Shown one piece after another: positions 1 to 10,034 of a stretch of DNA of 64,000 nucleotides; position 1 is the first letter of the stretch; every line of letters starts with the position of its first letter. This stretch comes from an uncultured Verrucomicrobiae bacterium (lineage in GTDB: Bacteria; Verrucomicrobiota; Verrucomicrobiia; Chthoniobacterales; JAFAMB01): assembly GCA_963813025.1 (NCBI GenBank), contig CAWEXO010000014.1, positions 416,001 to 480,000 on the forward strand, written 5' to 3'. Below the pieces are notes generated by a model. That model was not told where the DNA came from, searched no databases, and worked only from the letters and a program-made list of their open reading frames with translations. A program made the position numbers and the translations under genes.

Positions 1-107
1 GCTTACCGGGACAGGTCAGAAAAGACTTGATCATGCTTATCAATCGGTGCCGGTGTATTTGCACCACATTCAACGGCAGATAATATTAAGTAGGTTGCCC
101 CGCTCGC

Positions 108-1016
108 ATGAAACTTCGTCACCTGGAATACTTTGTGGCCGCGGCTGAGGATCGGAATTTCACCCACGCAGCCTCCCGGCTGAACGTTTCCCAACCGCCC
201 TTCAGCAAACAGATCCACGACTTGGAAGCCGAACTGGGGATTGAACTCTTTCAGCGTAAACAGAAGGGCGTGGCGCTCACCTTGGCCGGTCAGTCCTTCC
301 TGATCGATGCCAAGGCCATCCTGCAAGATTGCGAGACAGCGGTGCACAAAGCCCAGCGGATCAGCCGGGGTGAAATCGGCGAATTAGCCATCGGTTGCCT
401 GCCGCCCTTAACCCACGGTTTTTTGGGGCGCGCTCTTGAGCTCTGGAGGCGCACGGCCAAGGACATCGCCGTGGACTGCGTTGAGATGGACGGCAAGGCA
501 CAGGAAGTGGCGCTGTTGGAAGGTCGCATCGATCTGGGTTTGCTGATGCGGGGCCACCGGCCCCTGCTGGAGTTGTTACGCGTACAGCACCTGCTGGATT
601 ATCCTGCCATGGTGGCGCTGCCTCGAGGGCACCCTCTGGCTGAGCGTTTGGCAGTTCCTCTGGCTCTGCTGCACTCAGAGCCGCTGATCGGGCTCAACCG
701 GTTGTGCCCGAGTTATAACGAATGGTTGCGAATGGCGTGTCGTCGAGAGGGTTTTGTCCCAAAGCTCGTCAAAGAAGCTCATGCCGCCTCCAGCGCCCTG
801 GCCTTTGTGACTGCGGGCTTTGGATTAGCGGTGGTGAGTAAACCTTTCGAGCGGGAGGGCACCGATGGGGTTGTCTTTCGCGAGTTGAGCGCGAAAAAGC
901 CCCTGCAGATGCCGGTCGGAGCCGTTTGGAAAGCGGACAGCGTGTCGGCTAGCGTCGTAGCGCGCTTTGTTGATACGTTGGTACAGGTTTGCGCGAGCGA
1001 TCAGGCGGCCGCGTAA
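108..1016 (+). CDS. LysR family transcriptional regulator
   Basis: N-terminal LysR HTH (MKLRHLEYFVAAAE..NFTHAASRLNVSQPPFSKQIHDLE), 302 aa with substrate-binding domain. Confidence 0.95.
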   Translation: MKLRHLEYFVAAAEDRNFTHAASRLNVSQPPFSKQIHDLEAELGIELFQRKQKGVALTLAGQSFLIDAKAILQDCETAVHKAQRISRGEIGELAIGCLPPLTHGFLGRALELWRRTAKDIAVDCVEMDGKAQEVALLEGRIDLGLLMRGHRPLLELLRVQHLLDYPAMVALPRGHPLAERLAVPLALLHSEPLIGLNRLCPSYNEWLRMACRREGFVPKLVKEAHAASSALAFVTAGFGLAVVSKPFEREGTDGVVFRELSAKKPLQMPVGAVWKADSVSASVVARFVDTLVQVCASDQAAA

Positions 1017-1301
1017 GCTAGCAACCTTACCTTAGGCCGGCGCGACGGAAAATGGTCGAGCGGGGCGTTCTTGCCCGGCTATAGCTAAAAGATAGGGACA
1101 ACTCATCTAAAGCAGTATGGTGGGTTTTGCTCCTTTGGGTTGACTGTGAGGAATCCGCGAGAAAGCGACATCTTTCCGGCAACGGCTTAGAGCGTCATCC
1201 CGCGCGAGGCGAGCTTTTAAGAGCACGCAGTCTCACCGGTTGACGGCGGCGCCGAGTGAGAACCCTTCAACGATGGACGCCCTGAGACTTTAAGGACTCT
1301 A

Positions 1302-1589
1302 ATGAATACCCCGCGCGTGGAATTGTTGAGACTGGGACTGCGGCTGCGAAATGCGCGAACCGCACTCGGATTCAACCAACGGAGCTTTGCCGCCGTCTGC
1401 GGCCTCCATCACACCTATGTTGGAGGAGTCGAACGCGGCGAACGCAGCGTGACCTTCTCGGGGCTGTGCACCTTGTGCGTCGCCCTTGATTGCGACGTGG
1501 CTGCACTCACCGTGGGCATCCCGGATCTTTCTCCTCCCGCTTCAAACGAACACGGCCATACCGGAAAAGCAATCGTACCTCGACCTTAA
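1302..1589 (+). CDS. XRE family HTH transcriptional regulator
   Basis: LRNARTALGFNQRSFAAVCGLHHTYVGGVERGERSVT matches the HTH_3/XRE pattern. Confidence 0.85.
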   Translation: MNTPRVELLRLGLRLRNARTALGFNQRSFAAVCGLHHTYVGGVERGERSVTFSGLCTLCVALDCDVAALTVGIPDLSPPASNEHGHTGKAIVPRP

Positions 1590-1681
1590 GGATATGAGGG
1601 ACGAAGCCGGACGTCGACGATGCTTTGTCGTGAGATTACTGACAATCCTGTCGCGCTGAGACCCGCCGCTTCGACATCTAA

Positions 1682-1888
1682 TCATTCTATGTTTTCACGC
1701 ATTCCTTTTAAGCGAAGGTGAGTGCCGCGGATCGCGGTCGGTTCGAGGCGATCGAAACTTTCAACGGCCGTTCTTGTTGCCTCGCTCACAAATCTGGTCC
1801 CGTTTACTACATGGGAAACCGTTGAGATTGTAACTTCGGCTCCCCGTGCAACGTCCCCCATCGTAGCTGCGCCCTTCATGACCGCCAA
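1682..1888 (-). pseudogene. LacI family regulator, N-terminal HTH fragment only
   Basis: ATMGDVARGAEVTISTVSHVVNGTRFVSEATRTAV is a LacI HTH; no sugar-binding domain follows. Confidence 0.85.
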
Positions 1889-1972
1889 TTTTCCCTGCTG
1901 AAACGGGAGAAACGGTTAGGCCCACCGCACGAGACGAGGTCCCCGGAAATCAGCAATCGTCGTTATCCGCTA

Positions 1973-2875
1973 TCACTTACTGGCAGCCGCTTCTTTCGCG
2001 CATTGCCAGAACTTTCCCGCAGCCAGACTGAGCCGGCCTTTTGGGGCAGCGATGCCAAAAGGCTACCGGCTTCGGCTCGGGAGTAAGTCGTAAGAGTTTT
2101 AGTCGGCGACCGACTGTATAGCCGAAGAAATCGGAAGCCAAGCCTACTCCGTTCCCGGTGCTTCGATGGCTGAAATTACACCTGAGATGTCATCAAGCTC
2201 TTCCACGATGCGCGGCTTCATCTTAGTTGGCGCAAAAATAGCAGTGAAGTAGTTATAATAGTCGCGAAAAGTCTCTCGGGCTAAGCGAATGAATGGCTCG
2301 CGGGCCGCCTCAGCTAACGAAACGTTTGGCTGGCGAGCCAGCCGATGGGTAGGCGCTACCGCCAGGCGAATTTGTTCCAACCTTAGAGTTTCAAAGCGCA
2401 GTCCGCGTAACTCGCCTGAGTTAGGTGGCCGCATAACAAAAGCTAACTGGAGGCGGCGATCGCGCAGACCGGCGAGGCTTTGTTGGTTAGGCCAGTCGTG
2501 TAACTTAACGTGTACCTTTGGCATCGCCTTCTGATAGGCACGCAAAATCGCCGGCATCATGCGCGCGGTGGCGATCGGCCAGTAGCCAATGTGAAGCTCG
2601 GTATCGCCTTTGTTGGCGATGGCTCGTACTTTGCGCACCGCTTCGTTCGCGTGCTCGAGGACGGCACGTGCTTCAAGGAGAAAGGCACGGCCTGCTTCGG
2701 TCAAGCTAACCGACTTGGCCGTGCGCTCGAGTAACCGCACGCCTAGCTCGTCCTCAAGGTCGCGAATCTGCCGGCTAAGCGAAGGCTGGGAAACGTGCAG
2801 CTTATGCGTAGCGGCACGCGAGATATTCTCCGTCTCGGCCACGGCGAGGAAGTAACGCAAGTGCCGCAGTTCCAT
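1973..2875 (-). pseudogene. LysR family regulator, frameshifted near the C-terminus
   Basis: Starts MELRHLRYFLAVAE at ATG 2875; the frame stops at 2144, but the C-terminus (GVGLASDFFGYT..PEPKP / GIAAPKGRLS..FWQCAKEAAASK*) continues in other frames to 1973. Confidence 0.85.
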
Positions 2876-2886
2876 AGTGAGTAAGT

Positions 2887-2901
2887 ATGCCTGCCGGGCA
2901 T
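2887..2901. promoter_or_regulatory. LysR recognition box (T-N11-A)
   Basis: ATGC-N7-GCAT dyad immediately upstream of the LysR start, in the divergent promoter region. Confidence 0.6.
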
Positions 2902-3135
2902 GCTGAGGCAAGAAACATGGTCTTTTACAAGATCGACATCTCGAACCAATCATTACCGCGTGAATGAACCCATCATGTGGAGCATGGAGGTCCCGAATCA
3001 GCGGGGCCCATGGAATAAACCTGCGGTCGCGCATTGGGACGCGCTCGGAGTTGCCGAGCTCGATTGCGCCTCTGCAGCAAACGTTTCAGTCCGCGAAAAC
3101 CTCGTTCCAAATCATCAAGAGGAGACTAAGTCAAA

Positions 3136-3663
3136 ATGATAACCGAGCATGACTCAGCCGTGACCCGAAAAGAGATTCGTGTCGGAATCATCGGGGCAAA
3201 CGCCAAAGCAAACTGGGCGAAGCTGTCTCACGTTCCGGCAATCAACGGTCTCCCCGGCTTGAAGCTCGCGGCTGTGGCAACGCGCAACGAGGAGAGTGCG
3301 CGGGAAGCGGCTGAAGCCTTCGGTGCCGATCGCTGGTTTTCCGATCCCTTCGCGATGATCCGCGATGACCTGATTGATGTCATAACGATCTCCATCAAGG
3401 TGCCCGCACACCGCGAACTCGTTCTGGCGGCGGTGGATGCTGGCAAAGCGGTCTACTGCGAGGCGCCTCTCGGACGCAGCGTCGCGGAGACTGAAGAGAT
3501 GGCGAGTGCGGTAGGTGCACTTTATACCGCGATCGGATTGCAGGGTCGTTTGAATCCAGCCGTGCGCCGCGCGGCCCAGTTGCTTTCTTCCGGAAAAATT
3601 GGACGACCACTAAACGCGAGAATTGTCAGCACCACCATCGGCTACGGACCGGAATTGCCGAGC
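3136..3663 (+). pseudogene. Gfo/Idh/MocA oxidoreductase, C-terminally truncated
   Basis: IRVGIIGA..HVPAI..GKAVYCEAPLG; similarity is lost after GYGPELPS, where unrelated DNA is fused. Confidence 0.85.
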
Positions 3664-3720
3664 ATCATGAGGCCCAAAATGCTTTTGCCATTGACCTCTG
3701 TGCCGTCAACACCCAGGCTC
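3655..3720 (-). pseudogene. HPr phosphocarrier fragment (Ser46 region)
   Basis: Minus strand reads VDGTEVNGKSILGLMML, the HPr Ser46 signature; the rest of HPr is not seen. Confidence 0.7.
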
Positions 3721-3938
3721 TCATTGTGGCCTTGGGCCGCGAAGCCCTTTCAGAGAACGCCGAGTGGCTCATCACTCACCGCGCGCGGCCACTCGAGCCG
3801 ATCAGAGTTTGAGAAAACAGAGTACCAGAAATTCTTTGCAAAAAAAGCACCAGAATTCTTCGGCTTAGCCGGGGAATTCTGCTGCCATGGCCTGCGTTAA
3901 TAACGAATCGTTGGCGATTTGTGATTAATGCAGGCTGG

Positions 3939-4085
3939 CTAAGGCGAGGCTAAGTGCAGCCAGTTCGTATCTGCCTTTTCAATGTTGCTGTGAATATTGC
4001 TCTTAAACGCTTTCAGCGAACCCTCATTGCCGCAGAGGTAAAGCCTGTCCTTATAGACAGTAAACGCGTCCGGCGCACAGCCGGT
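3939..4085 (-). pseudogene. YHS-domain protein, C-terminal fragment
   Basis: PDAFTVYKDRLYLC..AFKSNIHSNIEKADTNW resembles the C-terminus of YHS-domain (seleno)proteins. Confidence 0.65.
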
Positions 4086-4399
4086 TTCAGCGCTGAGTGT
4101 CTTGGTTCTGTGGTTCGGTGAGAAGCGCCCGGTCAACCGCGGCAAGCGCCAGTCAGAATTCGCACAGTGTTGCGCCTCATGCTTTGCGGGCAAAATGTAA
4201 CGAAGTGAGTTGGGCAGGTCGCGCTCACTTTTATGGTTAGGGCGTAAAATATATGCATCTAGCGGATTACCTAACCGCAGCAGTTCTCCTATAGAGACCA
4301 ACGATTGAGCACGCCTGTTGCGTGCCAGTCATCGTTGTGGACAGCCGCGAGCAGACACGCTTGTGTTTAACCGCTTGCCGGTTCGTTAGTGTTCACCCC

Positions 4400-4615
4400 G
4401 ACTTCACAGCCGGTGCCGCTCAACGACCTTTCGGCCTGGTGGCGTTGGGTTCCTGGCGCCTGCTGGCGTCACCCTGGAAGGCCCCGGTAGCAACACCATC
4501 GATCGGGAGACTCGTCCCGTGGTCAGGTTTCCTGGGATGACGCGGTGGCGTACGCCAAATGGGCTGGGAAACGGCTCCCGACTGAGGCGGAGTGGGAGTG
4601 CGCTGCACGCGGCGG
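4400..4615 (+). pseudogene. Formylglycine-generating enzyme (FGE-sulfatase) family fragment
   Basis: [40 protein letters not shown], read across frameshifts. Confidence 0.85.
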
Positions 4616-5125
4616 CCATAGAAGGTGCCACCCGAACGCCATTCTGCAGGAGTCAAGCCGGCATAGGCAGCCAACTGCCGGGCTGATTGGAATTCTTTCC
4701 CAGCTAACTCGGCCAACAACTTGGCGGCGGTGAGCTCGGCAATGCGGGAATAGAGCAAAGCAGCTTGCTCTGGCGGCTTAAAGACTGATCAGAGTCGATG
4801 AGGCCGAAGATGGCAGTCTCCAATTGGCTGACTTCGCTTTTGAGCTGTGCTAGGCGCCTTTGGCGTTGCTTGGGCGCGTACCTTTCGGACACAGCCTTGT
4901 CAACTCGGGCTCTAGTGTTCCAACCCTGTTTGGAACGGCCTATGATACGGTTCGGTCTCTTGAAAGGTGCGGCACGAGGAAGGGGGGCTAATCTACCGAA
5001 CAGGTTCTACCGACCTTTGGGCGAAGCAGTTTCCCCACCTTCCTCGGCCAAGTTCTTCACCTCTAGGGTTCCGCCCTTTCGGGCGGCTTTAAAAGGATAA
5101 AGTGTTGGTGGAGGCAAGGTACAAG
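4612..5125 (-). mobile_element. IS110 family remnant (IS621-type): left end plus internal transposase fragment
   Basis: 4612-4860 encodes LLCSIP / [30 protein letters not shown] (Transposase_20); the RuvC domain is missing; left junction CTCGCC-CT-TGTAC at 5119-5131. Confidence 0.85.
4878..5090 (-). ncRNA. Predicted bridge RNA of the IS110 remnant
   Basis: 5' hairpin CCGCCC-GAAA-GGGCGG, then two stem-closed internal loops carrying UUCGCCC/UCGGUAG and ACCGUAUC/ACAAG. Confidence 0.7.
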
Positions 5126-5219
5126 GGCGAGCCGCATTTTGACGTCTTTCAGCCACAGCAAGGCGTAATTTAACTGGCTGCAAATTTCTTAACAACCAAG
5201 CTGTTAACCCCAAAGAGTA

Positions 5220-5465
5220 ATGAAAATACGATCAAGGACAATGGAAGTCCTCAAAGCCGTGCGTTGGTGGTGGGCGGCCGCCTTTGCACTAATGCTAGCC
5301 GCCACACCGAATGCCCTCTATTCGCAACAGAAAGCAGAGCAATCGAAGAAACCTAACATCGTCGTCATCTGGGGTGACGACATTGGCTATTGGAACCTCG
5401 GCATCTACACACACGGCATGATGGGGTCGCACACCCAACATAGACAGCATTGGCCGTGAAGGGAT
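5220..5465 (+). pseudogene. Arylsulfatase N-terminal fragment
   Basis: Signal peptide, then [22 protein letters not shown] / [11 protein letters not shown] after a frameshift; ends before the catalytic CxPxR motif. Confidence 0.85.
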
Positions 5466-5675
5466 CCTCCCAAAGGACTAGTGGAGTTATACCAAAGAAA
5501 TATTAAATACTCATTGACTTCCAGTAAGGGATGGGCGTGTAAATGTGTTTGTCGGTTCCAGCGACCTTTGATTAAGGGCGTTGTTCCTTCTGTCCCCAGC
5601 GACACGGATGTTACTGGCGACGTGAGAAATCCCGCAGCAGGTCGTTAGGCGACGAGTCTTAAACCGGAGGAAACA

Positions 5676-6141
5676 ATGAAAGTTCGCTTATTTCTTACCC
5701 TGGCAGGGGTAGCAATCAGCTTTGCTGTGCCTGCCTTAATGGCGCAGGATGCCATGAAAACCGTAATGGCTGGTGAGGTGGTTTGGAAAGATGACTCGCT
5801 GTTCAAGGGGCTGCAAATCGCCAACTTGCTCGGTGATCCAGCGAAAGCCGAGACAGTCGTTATGCGCGTGAAGTTCCCTCCCAATTTTAAAATTCCGCTG
5901 CACACGCATCCTGTCTCGGAAGTCATCACTGTACTTAGCGGGACTTTTTGGGACGCGATGGGTGACGATACGGATAAAAGGTGTGATGCTAAAGCCGGGA
6001 TCACTTTTGGTGCTTCCTCCAAATCACATTCATCGTGTCTGGACAACCGACGAGGAGACGATCATCCAGCTTAGCTTCACTGGGCCGTTTGATATTACCT
6101 TCATTAATCCGGCTGACGATCCGCGAAAGAAAACCGAATAA
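5676..6141 (+). pseudogene. Secreted cupin-domain protein, one frameshift
   Basis: Signal peptide, PLHTHPVSEVITVLSG; continues in another frame as LKPGSLLVLPPNHIHRVWT..GPFDITFINPADDPRKKTE*. Confidence 0.8.
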
Positions 6142-6308
6142 CATCGAGCAAATCGACCAAGGCAGGGCACCCTCTCCTCGCCTGTCCGCCATTCCGCATC
6201 CTGCCATCATACTTAATAGCTGGTGTCCGCGAATCCAAGTCCCCGTTGCCAGAATTGATCCGTGTGGCAATATTTACGAACATTCCCTATACATAGGAGG
6301 TACGCGAG

Positions 6309-6599
6309 GTGGCAATCGTTCGTCATTCATCCTTCTCATGGACTTCGTCTGGTCCCGGACACGAGATGGCACCAGGGGAGATTCATTATTATTCATTTGA
6401 GAACTTGACGGACCAAGAGGCCGTTAGCATCGGTGTACATCCCCAGGTGACGGGATTCCCACGATGCGTTCTTGTTGTGGAAAACGTGCAGGGTGTGACC
6501 GGGTTCGGGGAGTTTAGGAATACCGAATTTCGGGTGAGGAACGCTGGGTATAACTCTGTCTGGAGTTATTCCGTCGGCATTGGCATAATCTCAGCGTAA
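6309..6599 (+). CDS. Hypothetical protein (96 aa)
   Basis: GTG start with AGGAGG 8 nt upstream; tightly linked to the next ORF. Confidence 0.65.
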   Translation: MAIVRHSSFSWTSSGPGHEMAPGEIHYYSFENLTDQEAVSIGVHPQVTGFPRCVLVVENVQGVTGFGEFRNTEFRVRNAGYNSVWSYSVGIGIISA

Positions 6600-6609
6600 A
6601 GGAGCTTTT

Positions 6610-6846
6610 ATGGTTGTCTATGCGCATCACGATTTTCACGGGAATATCCACTCACTCGTGGTCGTGAACGCGCCTGAAGGAGCAGGCGTGAGGCCCGCGC
6701 CACAACCCGGCCAATTCGTGGCGGAGGTGGAGGGTCTCGAACTAACACCCGACAAAGTCAACTTCGACACGTTGCGTGAAATCGCTGCGAGTCACGTGGT
6801 CAAGACGCCGCTCCCGCGCTGCAAGCTGGTTAAGAAGCAACAGTAG
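6610..6846 (+). CDS. Hypothetical protein (78 aa)
   Basis: ATG preceded by AAGGAG, 10 nt after the previous stop. Confidence 0.65.
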   Translation: MVVYAHHDFHGNIHSLVVVNAPEGAGVRPAPQPGQFVAEVEGLELTPDKVNFDTLREIAASHVVKTPLPRCKLVKKQQ

Positions 6847-6902
6847 CGTCGCGCGGGGTCGATTTGCCGCCATCTCCCTGCAGCACCGTTCAGCAGTAAC
6901 CT

Positions 6903-7250
6903 TTAAATCCAGTCCGGGGATTGAAAGCGATAAAGTCTGTCCTTTGCTGGTTCGTGAGAGGACAAGAGACGGACAATCGCCTTCGGTTGGGTGACGCACG
7001 GTTCCTTTCGGAAGCATGAAGACCAAGGCATCAAATGGGAACGGAATCGCTTCGAAGACCATCGGGTAGCTCCGTCCGGAGCGCGGCAGCCAGGAGTTCC
7101 GGGGAAACATAGTAGGTCGGCACGTGGTAGCGCAGGAGCAGCGCCGCTTGGCCATGAACTGCCGCAAGCGCCGGATTCGGCCTGGTCTGGTGTTCGCGAA
7201 TGCTGACGTAGTTCTGCATCGCGGCGTTCACTGACGAGACCGCTAGCACT
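6903..7250 (-). pseudogene. Frameshifted fragment of an unknown protein
   Basis: Protein-like reading PTYYVSPELLAAALRTELPD / AIPFPFDALVFMLPKG across two frames. Confidence 0.35.
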
Positions 7251-7505
7251 TTCTGAGGCCAGTCGTCGGCCGGCGCATTGATGTGCCGCGGTGTTAGCGC
7301 ACGCAGCCATCTGGATGCTCCTTCTCCAGGTAAGCGCGGACCTTGTTATAGTTTTGTAAGCGAGTGCCCACTGCGGTAGTGTATCCCCAAAACGGCTCGC
7401 GAAAACAGCCTCTCGCGAATGGGTTCGACCCCGCCGGTTTAGGTTCGCCTCGTTGTCCGTTGAACGAAAGGCAGGGGCCGTTGCCAGAAGTTCGCTGATA
7501 GAAAT

Positions 7506-7760
7506 ATGGCCTATGAAACCGTTTGTGCCTCCCTTCAGAAAAAGCGTTGTTCGAATGTTCGGCTTTACCCTTTTAGCTTCCCTGCTTACCCTGCCGCTTT
7601 TGGCGCGGGCATCACCGTTCGACTTACCGGCGAACCGGATGGTGAAGGGGCACGTTACCGCAGGGCGCTTGCCGAAGAATGGGCCCAGAAAACCGGAAAC
7701 AAGGTTGAATATTATTCGCGTCCTGGCGACGCGTCCGCGGCGCTGCAGTGGTGGCGGGAA
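7506..7760 (+). pseudogene. Sugar ABC transporter substrate-binding protein, N-terminal fragment
   Basis: ALAEEWAQKTGNKVEYYSRP is typical of the extracellular solute-binding family 1 N-terminus; signal peptide in another frame. Confidence 0.55.
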
Positions 7761-8070
7761 GACAGCCCGGGAACGCGCTCAGTTCGCCAGAAATTCCGAG
7801 TATAGGGTGGATAAGAGTGGGCTTGCCCCGATTTTCGCTGACAGAGTTTTTGGGTGATCCTTGGGTTTAGTTTTTCGCTAGAAGTCAGTTTGGCCATGGG
7901 AAGAGATGAACGCAGCGCTTCGCCCATTCTTCACTGCGCTCGGCCTATGGCACTTATGGTGTAGTCCGCTGAGATTTGATGAGAAATCGAGAGACCTGTT
8001 ATCAGTCTGGTATCATTTTCTCGGTTTTAGCCGACCAAACCACATCTAAATCATTCAAAATCAGCACAAC

Positions 8071-8421
8071 TGGAGGCGAGGGGAGTCGAACCCCTGTCCT
8101 CAAGACCGTCAAACCAAACCTCTACATGCTTAGCTGACCTTTAAAGGAGCGGATCGAATGGGTCAGCGCATCATGACCCGCTCTTGCATCCACGGGATTT
8201 TTCTCGTCCTCCGGCGCGGTTGCCCCGCCTTCAGACCAGCCTGCTGTCGTCGTCTCCGGCTTTAGCAGGCGTCCAGCCGGAAACGTCACGGTTCAATTAA
8301 GCCGCGAGAGCCAATTCTTCGTTGGCGATTATTTTTTTGACTCGGTTTTTAACGAGGCCAACGAGTCATCCTCGACATGCCGTCTGATTATCAAACCTCA
8401 AGTCGAAACCAGTACGCCCCC
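8071..8421 (-). ncRNA. ssrA: tmRNA
   Basis: 5' GGGGGCG pairs with 3' CGCCUCC-A giving G3:U70; T-arm AGGGG-UUCGACU-CCCCU; tag reading frame ANEELALAA* at 8326-8297; CCA not encoded. Confidence 0.97.
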
Positions 8422-8430
8422 TTTTCCGGG

Positions 8431-8459
8431 AAACTAGTGCGGCGCCGCTGAAAAAGCAA
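8431..8459 (-). promoter_or_regulatory. Putative sigma70 promoter of ssrA
   Basis: TTGCTT-17 nt-TAGTTT just upstream of the mature 5' end. Confidence 0.55.
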
Positions 8460-8656
8460 CGAATTGACCGAGCCGCAGGGGTGCCTTTGGGCGGCTGTCC
8501 GCCGGCGCCTTGAGACAGCGCGGAGAACGGCTCGAGCGGTCTTGGGGTAAAGCGCACGGCCTGGTGCGCCTCCGAGAGTACCGACGAGGCCCGGCGCTAC
8601 TGCTCGAGCCGCTCCCCTTGCGTTGTTCTTTGGCGTCATTCGTAGTTAATTGTTCC

Positions 8657-9103
8657 ATGCGGATTTCTCGAAAAGCCGAATATGCCTTGCGCGCACTGCT
8701 GCTTATGGCAAAAGACTCCCCCAGCAAAGTTCACCAGATCCAGGAGGTTTCCGAACGGGGCAATATCCCGGTAAAATTCCTCGAACAGATACTCTTGGTG
8801 TTGCGCAACGACGGACTGCTCAGCAGCAAGCGAGGTGTTGGCGGAGGGTACACCCTCCGAAAAAGCCCCTCAGAGCTGACGGTCTTGCAGATCATTGAGC
8901 TGCTTGACGGGCCGATTGCGCCGTTACCTTGCGCGCAAAGTACGCGAACGGAGGCATGCGGTTGCCCGGACCCGGTATTCTGTCCCCTGCGACCGCTCAT
9001 GCGCTCGGCCAGGGATCAGATCAGAGAGCTCTTCGGCTCAAAGACCATTCAGGATCTCTTGGAAGAAGCCCGGGGACGGCACGTATTGGCCTTTGAAATC
9101 TAG
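8657..9103 (+). CDS. Rrf2 family transcriptional regulator
   Basis: MRISRKAEYALRAL..IPVKFLEQIL..SKRGVGGGYTL; C-terminal Cys cluster. Confidence 0.93.
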   Translation: MRISRKAEYALRALLLMAKDSPSKVHQIQEVSERGNIPVKFLEQILLVLRNDGLLSSKRGVGGGYTLRKSPSELTVLQIIELLDGPIAPLPCAQSTRTEACGCPDPVFCPLRPLMRSARDQIRELFGSKTIQDLLEEARGRHVLAFEI

Positions 9104-9966
9104 GCAGGCTGCATTGCTTCTAGCTGTAAAAAAAGCGCACTGTGATCCAGATCACCCTTTCCCGCGAGCGCCATGTCCGAGTACATCGTCCGCACTTGCT
9201 CCGTTAACGGAAGTCGCAGGTTCAATCTGCGGGCGACGTCAATCACTGCCTCAAGATCTTTCAGCTGGTTTTTGACCGCGCCACCGGGAACGAAATCACG
9301 GTCGATCATCCGCCGGCCGTGCTCCTGCAAGATCCGGCTTTCACAGAAGCCCGTAGCGATGGCTTCGCGTACTTTTGCCGGATCAGCGCCTCCCCGTTCC
9401 GCCAGGACCAAACCCTCGGCTACCGCGCCGATAGTGACCGCCACGATCGCCTGGTTCACGAGCTTGCAGAGCTGTCCGCTGCCCGGCGGCCCGACGTGCG
9501 TCAAGGTGCCAAGCGGTGCGAGCACTGGTGCGGCCCGAGCGATATCTTCCGCGTCCCCGCCGGCCATGATGGCCAGTTTCCCTTCTGTCGCACCGCGTGT
9601 GCCGCCGGAAACGGGAGCGTCGATCGGGCTGAGCCCACGGGAGCGCAGCAATCGCGCATGATCCACGGCGATCGCCGGATGAATCGAACTCATATCGATC
9701 ACCAGGGTGCCTGACGAACAAGCATCCGCGACCCCGCGCACAAATAAAATTTCGGAGACAGCCGCACCGTTCTCGACCATCAAGATAACCGCTTCCTTCC
9801 CGGAGACAGCTTCAGCCACATCGGGGGCGAGGCGAGCGCCCGCTTCACTCAGGCTGTTCGTCTTGATGACTGTTCGGTTCCAAACCGTCAGCTCAAATCC
9901 AGCCCGAAGGAGGTTGGCTGCCATCGGATTGCCCATGAGTCCGGTACCGAGGAATGCGACTCTCAT
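9100..9966 (-). CDS. NAD(P)-dependent beta-hydroxyacid dehydrogenase (2-hydroxy-3-oxopropionate reductase-like)
   Basis: FLGTGLMGNPMA, DAPVSGG, GSGQLCKLVNQ, KDL motifs. Confidence 0.93.
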   Translation of the reverse strand: MRVAFLGTGLMGNPMAANLLRAGFELTVWNRTVIKTNSLSEAGARLAPDVAEAVSGKEAVILMVENGAAVSEILFVRGVADACSSGTLVIDMSSIHPAIAVDHARLLRSRGLSPIDAPVSGGTRGATEGKLAIMAGGDAEDIARAAPVLAPLGTLTHVGPPGSGQLCKLVNQAIVAVTIGAVAEGLVLAERGGADPAKVREAIATGFCESRILQEHGRRMIDRDFVPGGAVKNQLKDLEAVIDVARRLNLRLPLTEQVRTMYSDMALAGKGDLDHSALFLQLEAMQPA

Positions 9967-10034
9967 TGCAGCAGCTAATCTCACAGCCGTTGCGGATCGG
10001 GTGCAACTGGGGAAATAAGTCGCACCGGGTCCTT

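Noticed and set aside
4322..4355. VIVVDSREQ resembling an ERCC4 nuclease N-terminus
   Set aside because: Only about nine residues, with no continuation; too short to support
5062..5100. CTAGGGTTCCG resembles the start of a guanidine-I (ykkC) riboswitch
   Set aside because: The downstream conserved elements are absent; the hairpin has a GAAA loop on the minus strand and fits the IS110 remnant RNA
4878..5130. Group II intron fragment
   Set aside because: No GUGYG start, domain V or reverse transcriptase seen; guide and junction matches favour an IS110 end
7415..7440. GGGTTCGACCCC as a tRNA T-arm or att duplicate of ssrA
   Set aside because: No cloverleaf or acceptor stem, and it is in the opposite orientation to the tmRNA
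7760..8070. Integrase gene next to the ssrA 3' end
   Set aside because: No tyrosine or serine recombinase motifs in the short ORFs
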